From positions 1,550,001 to 1,614,000 of the forward strand of contig OZ025784.1 of assembly GCA_964019425.1 (NCBI GenBank): DNA of 64,000 bases. The letters are read 5' to 3'. Position numbers and translations under genes: made by a program. The DNA comes from Flectonema sp. DT1601. Lineage: Eukaryota. The notes under the pieces are model-generated. The model saw nothing but the letters and a program-made list of their open reading frames with translations. It was not told the DNA's origin and did no database searches. Below, piece by piece: positions 38,391-48,668 of the stretch (its first letter is position 1; every line of letters starts with the position of its first letter).

Positions 38391-39098
38391 ATGTCGATTT
38401 CACTTCAAGTGTTGATGATCGATGGTACTCTCTGTCCAGTCTCTGTCGGTTCTGAAACCACAGTAAAAATGATAATAGAACAAGTTGGAGAGGAAAGCGG
38501 TGTTGCAGAAGACTATTGTGAACTGAGGTACAGCGACACTCTATTAGACAAAACTCAGATAATTCTTGAATTGGGGGTAGTTGATGGCGAACAACTAACA
38601 CTTGAACCTTCAGCAAGACTACTAGGCCTAGAAACTATAAGAAAATTAGAATTGAGCCCGACAATAGATCATTTATGTTTACATGTACAGAATGGTGGTG
38701 ATCACGTACAGTCGTTTATTGATGCTGGGGTCCCTACTGCTACTAACACTGGACCAGCTTGTTGGACTCCACTCCATGCCGCATGTAGTGGTGGCAATGT
38801 CGCAGCATCTAAAATACTTGTTGCTAACGGAGCTGATATTGATGCTCAGGATGCCAATGGAGACACACCTCTTTCAATGAGTATTGATCATATTGATGTT
38901 GTGAAATTCTTAATTTCTGAAGGTGCGAATATCGATCGTAGAAACGTCTGGGGATTCTCACCTCTGAGAGGATCAATCAATGATATCTCAATAGAGTGTC
39001 TCAATGTACTTATTGAGTCTGGTGTTAACGTTAATACTGCTGGTTACTATGATTCCATGACTCCAGTCATGGTCTTGTGTGATAGTCAGATCGACTAA
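38391..39098 (+). CDS. Ubiquitin-like N-terminal domain + ankyrin repeats
   Basis: Beta-grasp-like head (ISLQVLMIDG...ETTVKMI...ELRYSDTLL...LGVVDGEQLTL). Ankyrin repeats WTPLHAACSGGN, GDTPLSMS, GFSPLRGS and MTPVMV. Confidence 0.85.
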   Translation: MSISLQVLMIDGTLCPVSVGSETTVKMIIEQVGEESGVAEDYCELRYSDTLLDKTQIILELGVVDGEQLTLEPSARLLGLETIRKLELSPTIDHLCLHVQNGGDHVQSFIDAGVPTATNTGPACWTPLHAACSGGNVAASKILVANGADIDAQDANGDTPLSMSIDHIDVVKFLISEGANIDRRNVWGFSPLRGSINDISIECLNVLIESGVNVNTAGYYDSMTPVMVLCDSQID

Positions 39099-39178
39099 AC
39101 TACTTGTGCAGAAGTTCATATTGACAGTTACAAGAAGTACTCACACTATCATTATCAACAGAACACACAACACAAAAC

Positions 39179-39754
39179 ATGCCACCTAACGGAAGCAGAC
39201 TAACGAGAGACACATCAGTTGTAGCACTGAACGAGTCGACATCAGAAGATGCTTCTTTAATTGCAAAACAATTTACTAGCGTTCCAGAGGTGATGGAGTT
39301 CGAAAGTTGGTGGTCAGAGGGAGGTCAAAAGAGATACATGTTACTGTTATACTGTCCAGCTAAAGAAGTATTCGAAGTGATGGTTGACGATAGCGTCATC
39401 CCAATGAAGGTTGTTGTATATAATAGGAGGAATAAACCTTTAAAACCCTGGAACCTTCACGTTGGTACCGTAGTTGACATTTTAGGAAAATCTACAACAC
39501 TAATGAAAGCAAAGCAAAGTACGATGCAGTGGATTGATTCTGAGGCACGTCGATTATGGGATAAAAAACAAAAACTTGAAGCAACTTTAGAAAAATTTCG
39601 TCGAATTCCTGACCTCACACCATTATCTGGAGTGACGGTCAAGAAGTTACAAGAAGGGAAATCTGGTTCTCTTGGTGGGACTGTTGACTTAGCCAAGCTG
39701 GCAATCACAATTATATATTTACAAAAAGAAGTAAAACTTTTTAAGGATATTTAA
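39179..39754 (+). CDS. Hypothetical protein with a DM10-like domain (EFHC/NME7 type), possibly flagellar
   Basis: FESWWSEGGQKRYMLLLYCPAKEVFEV...NLHVGTVVDILGKSTTL resembles the DM10 pattern. The ORF is secure; the domain call is tentative. Confidence 0.6.
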   Translation: MPPNGSRLTRDTSVVALNESTSEDASLIAKQFTSVPEVMEFESWWSEGGQKRYMLLLYCPAKEVFEVMVDDSVIPMKVVVYNRRNKPLKPWNLHVGTVVDILGKSTTLMKAKQSTMQWIDSEARRLWDKKQKLEATLEKFRRIPDLTPLSGVTVKKLQEGKSGSLGGTVDLAKLAITIIYLQKEVKLFKDI

Positions 39755-40002
39755 ATTTATTAAACAACACTCGCATTCTTGCGAGTACATTACACTTCTT
39801 CTTTGTGCCTCACTGTACGAAGACACCCCTTTCCTGATACATTATTTACTTATTTGTCTTTTTTCTCAGCTATTCTACAACCTCTCGTCCAGCATACTTC
39901 AATTTAACCAATGTGATGAAATGGTAATTCTTAAAAAAAATAAAAATAAAGAATCATCTGTTTTTTTTAATTATCACAATCCTTCTCAGAATCTAAGAAA
40001 AG

Positions 40003-43000
40003 ATGAGGTACTTGTTAATAGTTTTACTATTATTGCCATTCGTGGAGGGGGTCAAACCGACGTGTATTCGAGTGAGTGGTGGATCCAGAGCGGCAGCGAG
40101 GGGAGATTACACGTTGTCAGGACAATTATACCTTCAGGGTGGGGGAAGTTATAGAATTGTGAGTTTATTTTATTGGGCGATAACAAGTGGTGGTAATGAT
40201 GTATTTGATTGGGGTGGTAGGTGTATTCCTGATGTCCCGTTTGACTTTACACCTTATCCAGAATGTTCTTGTAACACAGCAAGTGCTGGGGGGAGTAATT
40301 GTCCAACTTTGTCAGCTTGTGGAGTTCCTGTTTTGCCGCCACCTACTCCAGCGCCACCTACTCCAGCGCCACCGACACCTATTCCGCCAACACCGATACC
40401 ACCAACTCCGAGTCCTCCGACACCAATACCACCGACACCTGCGCCGCCAACGCCTGCTCCTCCGACACCCATTCCGCCAACACCATCGCCTCCAACGTTT
40501 GCTCCGTTGACATTTTCACCTCCAACACCAGTTCCAACTCCAGTTCCTGTTGTGGATCCAGCAGTTCCAAAAACTCGGGAAACGATTGAACTCACACCTC
40601 CAACGACTGTAATCTCAATCTCAACTGGAGGGATCACTAGTTCTATTCTACTCAGTAATTCAACTACTCGGATATCTCGTGGAACTGATCCAATTAATTC
40701 AAAACAAACAATAACACCATCTGAAGGAGTCACATTATCGAAGCTTTCAGGTGATGGGAAAACAATGATAACGGGAACAGGTAGTTCATTTCAACTCACT
40801 GATATTTCAGTTGGAAAAGTAGACCGTGTCTCGGGTGGAACTATCAGAGGGGGAGAAACCATAACTGCTATTGCAGAGGGAGGATATTTACTGGCTTTGG
40901 GAACGACTGGTGGGAAGATTGAGTTGCGACCTTTGAGTGAAGTGGATAAGATCTTCTCAACAACAAACCTATCCCAAAAGAAAGACGTCACTTGGTTGGG
41001 ATTTGCCGGTGAGTCTTCCGAGATACTATTCTCTCAAAATGAAGACGGGATGTTCGCCTACAACGTTGCCGACCCTGTCAATCCAACTGCGTACAATCCA
41101 TCAACGTTCTCAGGTTCTAATCTGTTTGTTCCTCCTCTTCGAACTTCAGTTCTCAGTGATAATAAAAAGGTATTAGTCGTACCTGACCAGGATGGCATTC
41201 AATTATTTAACACAACTCCACCGTTTACAAAACTATCACAAATGTCATACAAACCAGAGAAGGTAAATAAAATTGCCATCAGTGGCGATGGTAAAACACT
41301 ATTGGTTAGTACTGACAATGGGAAGATTGATATCGTTGATCTGAATAACGTTACTGATCCAGTTGTAACTGGAGAGTTGAAAACTAACACTAGTAAAAAG
41401 TTAAGCGCGTTAGGCATAACTGAAGATGCAAAATTCGCTATCATTGGAGAAGGAAATCAAATTAGATTCGCATTCTTGTTAAGGCAATCAGCTGGAAGGG
41501 TTGACGTACCACTTCCTAATCACGTGAAAACAATACCAACAAATTCTGAAACAGCTGTTGGCGTCGTTGCATTTGAAAGCAACAAGAAATTACTTAAATC
41601 TTTAGTAATTGCGACACCAACTAGAATATTTTTATCAAATCCATTCACCGATACTCTTCCTGTCGAGCTGTACTCAAACCCATCTGATAATGTCATTATG
41701 AATATAGCTCTGTCTTCTGATGAAGAATTCATATTTATAGCACATCAGCTTAACTTAATTAGAGTGTTCCGTTCTAGTGGTGGTGAGGTCAGCACTTGGT
41801 CGCATTTTAATAATTCAAAAATATCGAATATAAAATCACGAGGAGCCAAACTATTAGTGTCAACATCCATTGGGGTTATTGTTGTTGACACACGTGATAA
41901 AAGTGAATTGAGGACAGTTCAGGTCTTTCCATGCGGCGACAGCAGAGACGCTGTTCTAATAGAATCGCCTCAACGCGGATCTGTAATGTATGTCGCAAGA
42001 GGATCGTTGGGTGTTGCTGTCTACAATAGTTCCAACATAACAGGCGTCTTCACAAGTCAATCGGATTTATTGGTTAATAAAATATCATCAACGGTTCTGG
42101 GATTAGATCAAGTATACAGCATTGCTGTTACTTCAAGTGGAGATAAGATAGTTTTAGCTGATGGTGTGAATGGTATTAAAATATATGAACTGTCGATAGC
42201 ATCATCATCTCTCTCATTGATTTCTATCATTCCCACAACAGACGTGACAAGACAAGTGTTGTTGGGATCATTTGATAACGTAATCTATGCAGCCAATGGT
42301 GCTGAAGGATTAAGAATAATTGACTTTACTAATAAAGATGAACCAACATCAAAAGACGGGTTAGACTTACATCGAACTACCGGAATGTACATCGACTCAA
42401 ATGAAGGTTTTATATACACTCTTGATGGAACTGAGGGTATCAAAGTATTGAGGCTAGACACCACACCTGGTCTGTTTATCACTACAGTTGATACTGACTT
42501 ACCTGCTTCAATAGACGTTTCTATGTCGTTGATGTTGTACGAATCTAATTTTTCTCTTGTTTTGCAATCAAATGCAAAACTTATATCAGTTTCAATGTTT
42601 CAATACGGAAAAGAGATCCCACTTCCCCTCTGGCTAAAGATTTCATTGAAAGACTGGAATATCGCTGGAAGGGCTCCAGAGCAGGTAACCAATATCGAAT
42701 TTTTATTATTTTTCACGGTGTTATATAATCAAATGATTGTTAGGGTTCCTTACAAATTCAGAGTTGTGCCTTCACTGTTTCTGTCACACTCAGCAGGAGG
42801 TAAAGTTCAAATCTCATCGCCGGGGAATTTGGGAACTGCGAATGTTAGTCTTTTACGACCTGATATTGTAAAGTTTGTATCTTCTACTTATGATAGACTC
42901 TATAACATTTATAGAGAAGACTTAGGAGAGCTTCAACTCTATGGTCCTGTTGGAGAGCTTAATAGAATTCTCAACCAACTCCGAGTTGATATCGCCGAAG

Positions 43001-44457
43001 GTTCTGAAAACGACGATAATGCAGCTCTAAACACGAGAATGTTTGTTAACGTTCGTGACGATGTAAACACCTACCCGAGTGAATTAAAAGACCCTATTAG
43101 AATTTTATACGTTAATTCAGCTCCTTATATCACACCAGAGTTTGTTGGTAAAACATTTAATCTAACTGCGAGACCGACAGAAACTTTTAAATTGATTGTA
43201 AACACATCTTCAGTAGCGGATGCTGACAACGACGTATTGACATGGAGTCTGTACTCTGGAAATAATTCGAAGTATGAACTCCCTGGATGGATGCAGTGGG
43301 AATCTGAGAAACAGTTATTTAACGGAAAATCTGACATTCCAAAATCAGAAAGCTTTTCATTAATGGTTACAGATGGATACAAAAAAGTACTTCTACCAGT
43401 TTCTGTTAATGTTTATAATAGTATTCCGGATGTTTCTAAGTTGGAAAGTGAATCGTTTAGCGCGAAAACCAGCAGCGAATATCGGATTAGAAGTAACATG
43501 TTGGTGTTCGACGCTGATAATGACACTCTAACTTATTCTGCTCGTATAACTGGAAAAGCTGAATCGACACTTGTGAATAGTTGGATAGAACTGAATATCG
43601 TCACAGGTGAGTTATTCGGAACCCCAACTACCGACGACTTAGGAGATACGTCGATCGATTTCACTGTCAGAGACGACTACGGAGGTAGCATCACCGTAGT
43701 AATTATCATTAATGTTGTTCGATCACCGTGGGACACATTTATGTATGTTTTGGGAATCATTACACCGATCATTTCATGGATTTTAACTGTCTATAGTTTG
43801 TATACTAATTATGGATTTTTATGGAATTGCTGCTGTGCAAGTTTCTTTTATTGGGGAACTGAAGTTCCCTCTCAACTCACTAGTGGTGTTGGGTATGTAC
43901 CGCAGTATAAACGTTCGAAAAAAAAGATTAAGAGAGACGACATTAAAGAGATTCGTGTGGTTAGAAATATAGAAAAGGAAAGTGGTGGTGGAAAATTATT
44001 TAGAATCATAGCGTGTTTGTTTCCTTCTTCTTTTAATAGACATCGGAAGCAAGAGGCTCTACCGAATGGTGATAATGTTCTGCAATGGATGGACTGTGGT
44101 GATGCAGAAGCTGATGAAGAATGCGTTATAAAAATATCAGAACCACCACCAGCAGGTGACAACACGACTTACTCTCTCTTAGTAATTGGTAGAATGGATG
44201 ATATCTTGCAAGAAGTCGAGATTGATCCCAAAAAGATGGAATTTTTTGAACTTTCTCAAACAATTGAGATTGACTTGGCTGATAATTTAGATGCTCCTTT
44301 GATGAGAACGAGAAGTTTTACTGAATTGCAATCAGCTTCTGTTTCGTGTTCGAACCTAATTGAAACAACAAAAAGTGACACATCTTTCTCACAATCAACG
44401 CCGTCTGTTAATCGCAGAGTTGGAAACGCTCGTTTTTCTTCAATTTGGAAGATATAG
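40003..44457 (+). CDS. Large type I membrane/surface protein: signal peptide, Cys-rich head, Pro/Thr stalk, LVIVD-type beta-propellers, cadherin-like (CADG/He_PIG) domains, TM helix and cytoplasmic tail
   Basis: Signal MRYLLIVLLLLPFVEG and PPTPA/PPTPI repeats. LVIVD-like LADGVNGIKIY and YAANGAEGLRIID. CADG-like DADNDVLTWS, DADNDTLTYS and TGELFGTPT. TM segment FMYVLGIITPIISWILTVY. Confidence 0.85.
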   Translation: MRYLLIVLLLLPFVEGVKPTCIRVSGGSRAAARGDYTLSGQLYLQGGGSYRIVSLFYWAITSGGNDVFDWGGRCIPDVPFDFTPYPECSCNTASAGGSNCPTLSACGVPVLPPPTPAPPTPAPPTPIPPTPIPPTPSPPTPIPPTPAPPTPAPPTPIPPTPSPPTFAPLTFSPPTPVPTPVPVVDPAVPKTRETIELTPPTTVISISTGGITSSILLSNSTTRISRGTDPINSKQTITPSEGVTLSKLSGDGKTMITGTGSSFQLTDISVGKVDRVSGGTIRGGETITAIAEGGYLLALGTTGGKIELRPLSEVDKIFSTTNLSQKKDVTWLGFAGESSEILFSQNEDGMFAYNVADPVNPTAYNPSTFSGSNLFVPPLRTSVLSDNKKVLVVPDQDGIQLFNTTPPFTKLSQMSYKPEKVNKIAISGDGKTLLVSTDNGKIDIVDLNNVTDPVVTGELKTNTSKKLSALGITEDAKFAIIGEGNQIRFAFLLRQSAGRVDVPLPNHVKTIPTNSETAVGVVAFESNKKLLKSLVIATPTRIFLSNPFTDTLPVELYSNPSDNVIMNIALSSDEEFIFIAHQLNLIRVFRSSGGEVSTWSHFNNSKISNIKSRGAKLLVSTSIGVIVVDTRDKSELRTVQVFPCGDSRDAVLIESPQRGSVMYVARGSLGVAVYNSSNITGVFTSQSDLLVNKISSTVLGLDQVYSIAVTSSGDKIVLADGVNGIKIYELSIASSSLSLISIIPTTDVTRQVLLGSFDNVIYAANGAEGLRIIDFTNKDEPTSKDGLDLHRTTGMYIDSNEGFIYTLDGTEGIKVLRLDTTPGLFITTVDTDLPASIDVSMSLMLYESNFSLVLQSNAKLISVSMFQYGKEIPLPLWLKISLKDWNIAGRAPEQVTNIEFLLFFTVLYNQMIVRVPYKFRVVPSLFLSHSAGGKVQISSPGNLGTANVSLLRPDIVKFVSSTYDRLYNIYREDLGELQLYGPVGELNRILNQLRVDIAEGSENDDNAALNTRMFVNVRDDVNTYPSELKDPIRILYVNSAPYITPEFVGKTFNLTARPTETFKLIVNTSSVADADNDVLTWSLYSGNNSKYELPGWMQWESEKQLFNGKSDIPKSESFSLMVTDGYKKVLLPVSVNVYNSIPDVSKLESESFSAKTSSEYRIRSNMLVFDADNDTLTYSARITGKAESTLVNSWIELNIVTGELFGTPTTDDLGDTSIDFTVRDDYGGSITVVIIINVVRSPWDTFMYVLGIITPIISWILTVYSLYTNYGFLWNCCCASFFYWGTEVPSQLTSGVGYVPQYKRSKKKIKRDDIKEIRVVRNIEKESGGGKLFRIIACLFPSSFNRHRKQEALPNGDNVLQWMDCGDAEADEECVIKISEPPPAGDNTTYSLLVIGRMDDILQEVEIDPKKMEFFELSQTIEIDLADNLDAPLMRTRSFTELQSASVSCSNLIETTKSDTSFSQSTPSVNRRVGNARFSSIWKI
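40336..40550 (+). repeat. Coding 15-nt tandem repeat encoding PPTP(A/I/S) units
   Basis: About a dozen degenerate CCNCCNACNCCNNNN units inside the surface-protein gene. Confidence 0.9.
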
Positions 44458-45160
44458 TTGAGATTGGAGGTTGGATTTTTTTTTTTTTCTTTCTTTTTCT
44501 TGTATTGATAAGCGTATTGAATACTGTTTTTTGCGCTCAAATCAAGATTTTCTTAACTTTTTTTTTGTTCTTGTTTGGTTTTTATTTTTCACCGACACCA
44601 GAAGTGTCGCGGGCTTCAGTGCCTGAATTTCCCATCAACAAGATGATGCCACTCAAAGTGTTTTTAATAATTATGTTTCTTTTTTTTTTAGAGTGGTTTT
44701 TTCATTTTTTTTTAAGTTTCAAAAAAAAAAAAAAATCGAAGCGGCGAACTGGCCTATTCCGATAGACATAAAAAAGAATTATTTCTTATTTGTGGAATAG
44801 TAAAAAACAGTTTAAATAATATTTTGATTATATGCGAGTTGATTAATTCTTGATTTCGGATATAATAATGCTCTACTGCATTTGTGTGATGTTCACAATA
44901 ATATTATCACCTTAAGCAGTAAGAGCGTCTTACCGCCAACGCCCTAAAAAAACGATTGAATTTTTTTAAGTGTCCTATGGGCATGCATGCTACACTGCGG
45001 TTCATTTTTTTTTTTTTAACTTTTGAGATTCATTCGAAGTTATAAGAATTAATTGATGAATCCCTTTTTTTTCATCTTTTTTTTCTCTATAAAACTGTTC
45101 AGATTTAAGAGCCGTTTTTATTTATCAAGGGTTAAAAATGTTTCGCTGTGTCGTCAGTTT

Positions 45161-45318
45161 TACTGTCTGCGATCAACTTTGCTAACTAAACTAAATCAAC
45201 GAAATATAAAAGGCTGTATCTGAATAGTTTTTTGTTTTTATTTCTTTTTTTTATAGATGTATCGTTGGTCTCGAACTCAATAACAAAGAACTGAATGTCG
45301 CTATCTAACTGTGAGTTT
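45161..45318 (-). mobile_element. Possible degenerate tRNA-derived SINE-like element; body also at 37887-37932
   Basis: The minus strand reads ctcacagttagatagcg (A-box-like) then gagttcgagacc (B-box). An A-rich linker follows, then a body (ttcagatacagccttt...gttgatcgcagac) that recurs at 37887-37932. Confidence 0.4.
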
Positions 45319-46701
45319 TCAACAGTATTAGTGTATGATGTGTTTTTCTTTTGTTAGTTTCTTTTTTAACTTCAAAAAGAAAGTTCAATATTAGATTGTT
45401 CTTTTTTTATCTGTTAGCAGCATTCACTTACAATGTGTTTTGCTTTCTCTTTTATTATTGTAAAATTTAAAAGGTTAAGTCTGTTTTTCTTTTTTTTTTC
45501 TGCCTTGTTATTTTCTTTGTTTCTATTTCGTGTGTGGCATTTGTCACTTTGTCGTGTGAGCTCCTTAGGCTATTCAGAGAGAAACAGTAAATGCTATTAT
45601 TTACTGAAGCTACCAAAAAAACAATCTTTTTAGGGGAAAAGAGAAATAAAAAACAACAACACCAACTAATAGACAGCTAAACGGGTTTACTTACCTTCGA
45701 GTCTCCTTCGAAGGTATTTTGTAACCTAACGTGTGGTGTTACACATTTGGGCGTCTACCTAACTGATACTCTGTGATCTGGTTACTAACATGTTGTTCTC
45801 TGAACGGATTTCCATTCCCCAATCCAACTTTTTTGACTAGCGAGTATTCAATTTTTCACGCTATAGAATCTATTAGATGTATGTTTTATCATCAAAACAT
45901 CACACTCGCTGCGTGGGCTTTAAGTTTTATCATGTTTTTTATTTACCAAAAACATGAGAATTTTGAGGCATTCCTCTGCGTGAGATAATTGCTTTCCCTC
46001 AACAATCGCTTCGTAGCCTTCAGTTGCTGTGAGATACCGACAGATCACTATTCGGGGAGTTAGAAATAGCTCGGACTGAAATGATGCATCGTGAGACTTT
46101 ACGCAACTCAGACAGCTGTCTTATTTTTTTTAACTGTCTTTTTTTTTTTTTTTTTTTTTTGGCTTCTCTTTGGAGGAATTTTTTGTTCTTACATTCGGAC
46201 CTTGTTCTTGTTTACTTGCATTTTTTGTTTTTCTCGTACTATCATTTTTTTAAGTTTTTAAGTTTTTTTTTTTTTTTTTTTGTTAACAACACGTCATCCT
46301 CAAAACAGCAAAGTTTCAGTTGGCTCAGTTAGCTTAGTTAACTTACGGGATATTAAGTTAAAAACGTATTGTAGGTTTGCTTTTTTTCCCCTCTTTTTTT
46401 TTTCTTCTTTTCTTCTGACGTTGGTACAAATGAAGTTAGCTCTTCTCTTATCATATTAGTTTAGTTTGTTTTCTTTTGCTAGGTATTCCCTTTTATTCCA
46501 TTCTTCTTATTCTTCTTTTTAGGTGATAGAGCTTAATGGGTGAGTGGTTAATCTTGATTGTTATTATTATTTTGTTGTTGTTGTTATTGCTGTTGTTTTG
46601 TCATGTAGTTGGTCAACGCTACCACTGAGGAATCATTTTCTCTCTTTTGTTTTTGTGATGATTTCTTCAGTTTTGCGAGTTCAGTTGACCGTCTTCAGCA
46701 A

Positions 46702-46734
<33 letters not shown>

Positions 46735-46905
46735 CCCCTATTCTACGTAACCGATACCGTTAGCAGAAGCTAACAGTTTCTGACTAAACGATGTAGACGA
46801 CGGAAGTCGTCAAAACTACAATCAACTTTCTATAAGAAAAAAAACTATTAAATCAGATGGTCAGCACCATTATTATATTTCTCATCACAGACATAACTAC
46901 TAATT

Positions 46906-47967
46906 ATGACTTCACAATGGAGTTCTATTGAGTCGTGGAGAAATGAAATTAAAGACGAAGACAAACGACTATTAGGAGCAGCGATAGGTTCTTTAAAAAC
47001 ACATCCGTCGTCGTATGCGGAACTAAAAAAGAGTGCCAGCAACACCAGAGGGTCAAGCATTGGAAATTATCAAATTACGTATGAAAATAGAGTTCTGTTG
47101 TTGATATTATTCCCATTTGAGACTAACACTCCACCGTGTTATATGTATTTTAATAAAAATATGATCGTCGGAGTGCTTCTCGATCGATTATGTCAAATGG
47201 TTGAGATATCTATAGAGAATAGTTTGCCTTTGAATTCACCAAAACGACCACAACTCGTTAGAGTGAAGTCACATCAAATTATGAACACGAATTCTACTCT
47301 GTTGTCTGAAAATATGGATGTTCATGAAGAAGTTGCACTCACATTAGGAGGTATTTTAAGTGATTTTTATCCAAAACCTGTGAAGAAGATATCTGAAAAA
47401 CCACTTCCAACTGTTACTGTTGTTGAGGATGTTACTGTTCTGCAAGAATCAGAATCACTTCCCGAAGTAAACGACTGTGTCGATGATGTTATGGAAGGTT
47501 CACCATCATCACCTCCGGGTGATATCTTCTTGTCAGATTTTAAATTTAAAAATAAGAAATTACAACCACTTGGAGATAAATCTATTCCTGGACCAAAACG
47601 AATACAATTAGCAGTCTTCTTTAACATAGAAGGGATGGCTCCAACAGCAATATATACTTTCTACTCACAGGATTGGGTGGCTGGTCGCTGTTGTGATACG
47701 TCGATGACTCTCGCGGAGATCTCGAATCCTAATTTAAAGATTACCGACTCAAGTAAGAAACTCGTTATCTACAACATGAGAACTAGAAAACTAATGCCCT
47801 CGTCTGTTAAACTTGCTGACTGTGCTACGTCAGGAGATCCAGTGTTAATATCTGTAGCAGGTGGAATCCCCAAATGGATGGCTGAAGAATCTCTCAAATA
47901 CACATCTCCAACAAAAGAGTTCGAGAAAACAGCAAAGAGAAAAGCAAGAGACTGCATTGTGATGTAA
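46906..47967 (+). CDS. Protein with two ZFAND1/Cuz1-type C-terminal ubiquitin-like domains and a CaaX box (CIVM); no AN1 zinc fingers
   Basis: LGDKSIPGPKRIQLAVFF...FYSQDWVAGRCCD...ISNPN...KKLVIY resembles the ZFAND1 UBL region. A diverged copy is IGNYQITYENRVLLLILFP...YFNKNMIVGVLLD. The protein ends KARDCIVM. Confidence 0.65.
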   Translation: MTSQWSSIESWRNEIKDEDKRLLGAAIGSLKTHPSSYAELKKSASNTRGSSIGNYQITYENRVLLLILFPFETNTPPCYMYFNKNMIVGVLLDRLCQMVEISIENSLPLNSPKRPQLVRVKSHQIMNTNSTLLSENMDVHEEVALTLGGILSDFYPKPVKKISEKPLPTVTVVEDVTVLQESESLPEVNDCVDDVMEGSPSSPPGDIFLSDFKFKNKKLQPLGDKSIPGPKRIQLAVFFNIEGMAPTAIYTFYSQDWVAGRCCDTSMTLAEISNPNLKITDSSKKLVIYNMRTRKLMPSSVKLADCATSGDPVLISVAGGIPKWMAEESLKYTSPTKEFEKTAKRKARDCIVM

Positions 47968-47989
47968 ACAACCTTTTATTATTATTATT

Positions 47990-48020
<31 letters not shown>

Positions 48021-48190
48021 CCCTTCCCTAGCAAGTTGTATTATAACGTTTTTGATTATCTTATTCTATCATCCTTGTTCTACCAGTCACCACAACTCTA
48101 ATTACATGAAGCACAGCAGTGATATGATTAAAACTACTAAGCGAGGTTTACTCTTCTTGTAATATTCATCTCCACAGCCCCTTTATCATT

Positions 48191-48397
48191 ATGGATCCAG
48201 GTCAACAGAGATTCCGGGTAGCAGCCAGAGAGATGTTTGAAATGAATATGAAGGTATTTGGATTTGGACTATTTTTCGTACTGTTCCCTATGTTGGGATA
48301 TCAAATTTATAATGATAGAAAGCTTACTCCTGAAGAAAAGGTTGAAAGGATAAAGGAAAGAAAACAGAAGAAAGCAAAGGAAGTATGGGATGAATAG
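48191..48397 (+). CDS. 68-aa single-TM protein, Pet100-like (cytochrome c oxidase assembly; tentative)
   Basis: NMKVFGFGLFFVLFPMLGYQIYN resembles the Pet100 LEVFKFGxYxxFPxxxxYxxN pattern and is followed by a charged helix. Preceded by the acceptor tattcatctccacag. Confidence 0.5.
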   Translation: MDPGQQRFRVAAREMFEMNMKVFGFGLFFVLFPMLGYQIYNDRKLTPEEKVERIKERKQKKAKEVWDE

Positions 48398-48668
48398 ATG
48401 CTATAGCGCTGTAGAAGCATTCGATTATTTGAGTTAAGAGAGAAGTCATCACGCAATCTGTTTATTACTAACTACTTATGATTGTTCTATTCCGCCTGAG
48501 TAGTGGTATTCTGGCTCTGTGTTCATATCAATCTTGTTTTCTTGTTGAAGGTGTACTTAGCAGAGTCAGTTCCCTTACAGAAATTAGTAATTTGATAATC
48601 GTGGAGGACTATTTAGTCAGCTGTTTATATCATTCATTTCTTCCATCAGCTTCTCTCCTCTCCTCAAC

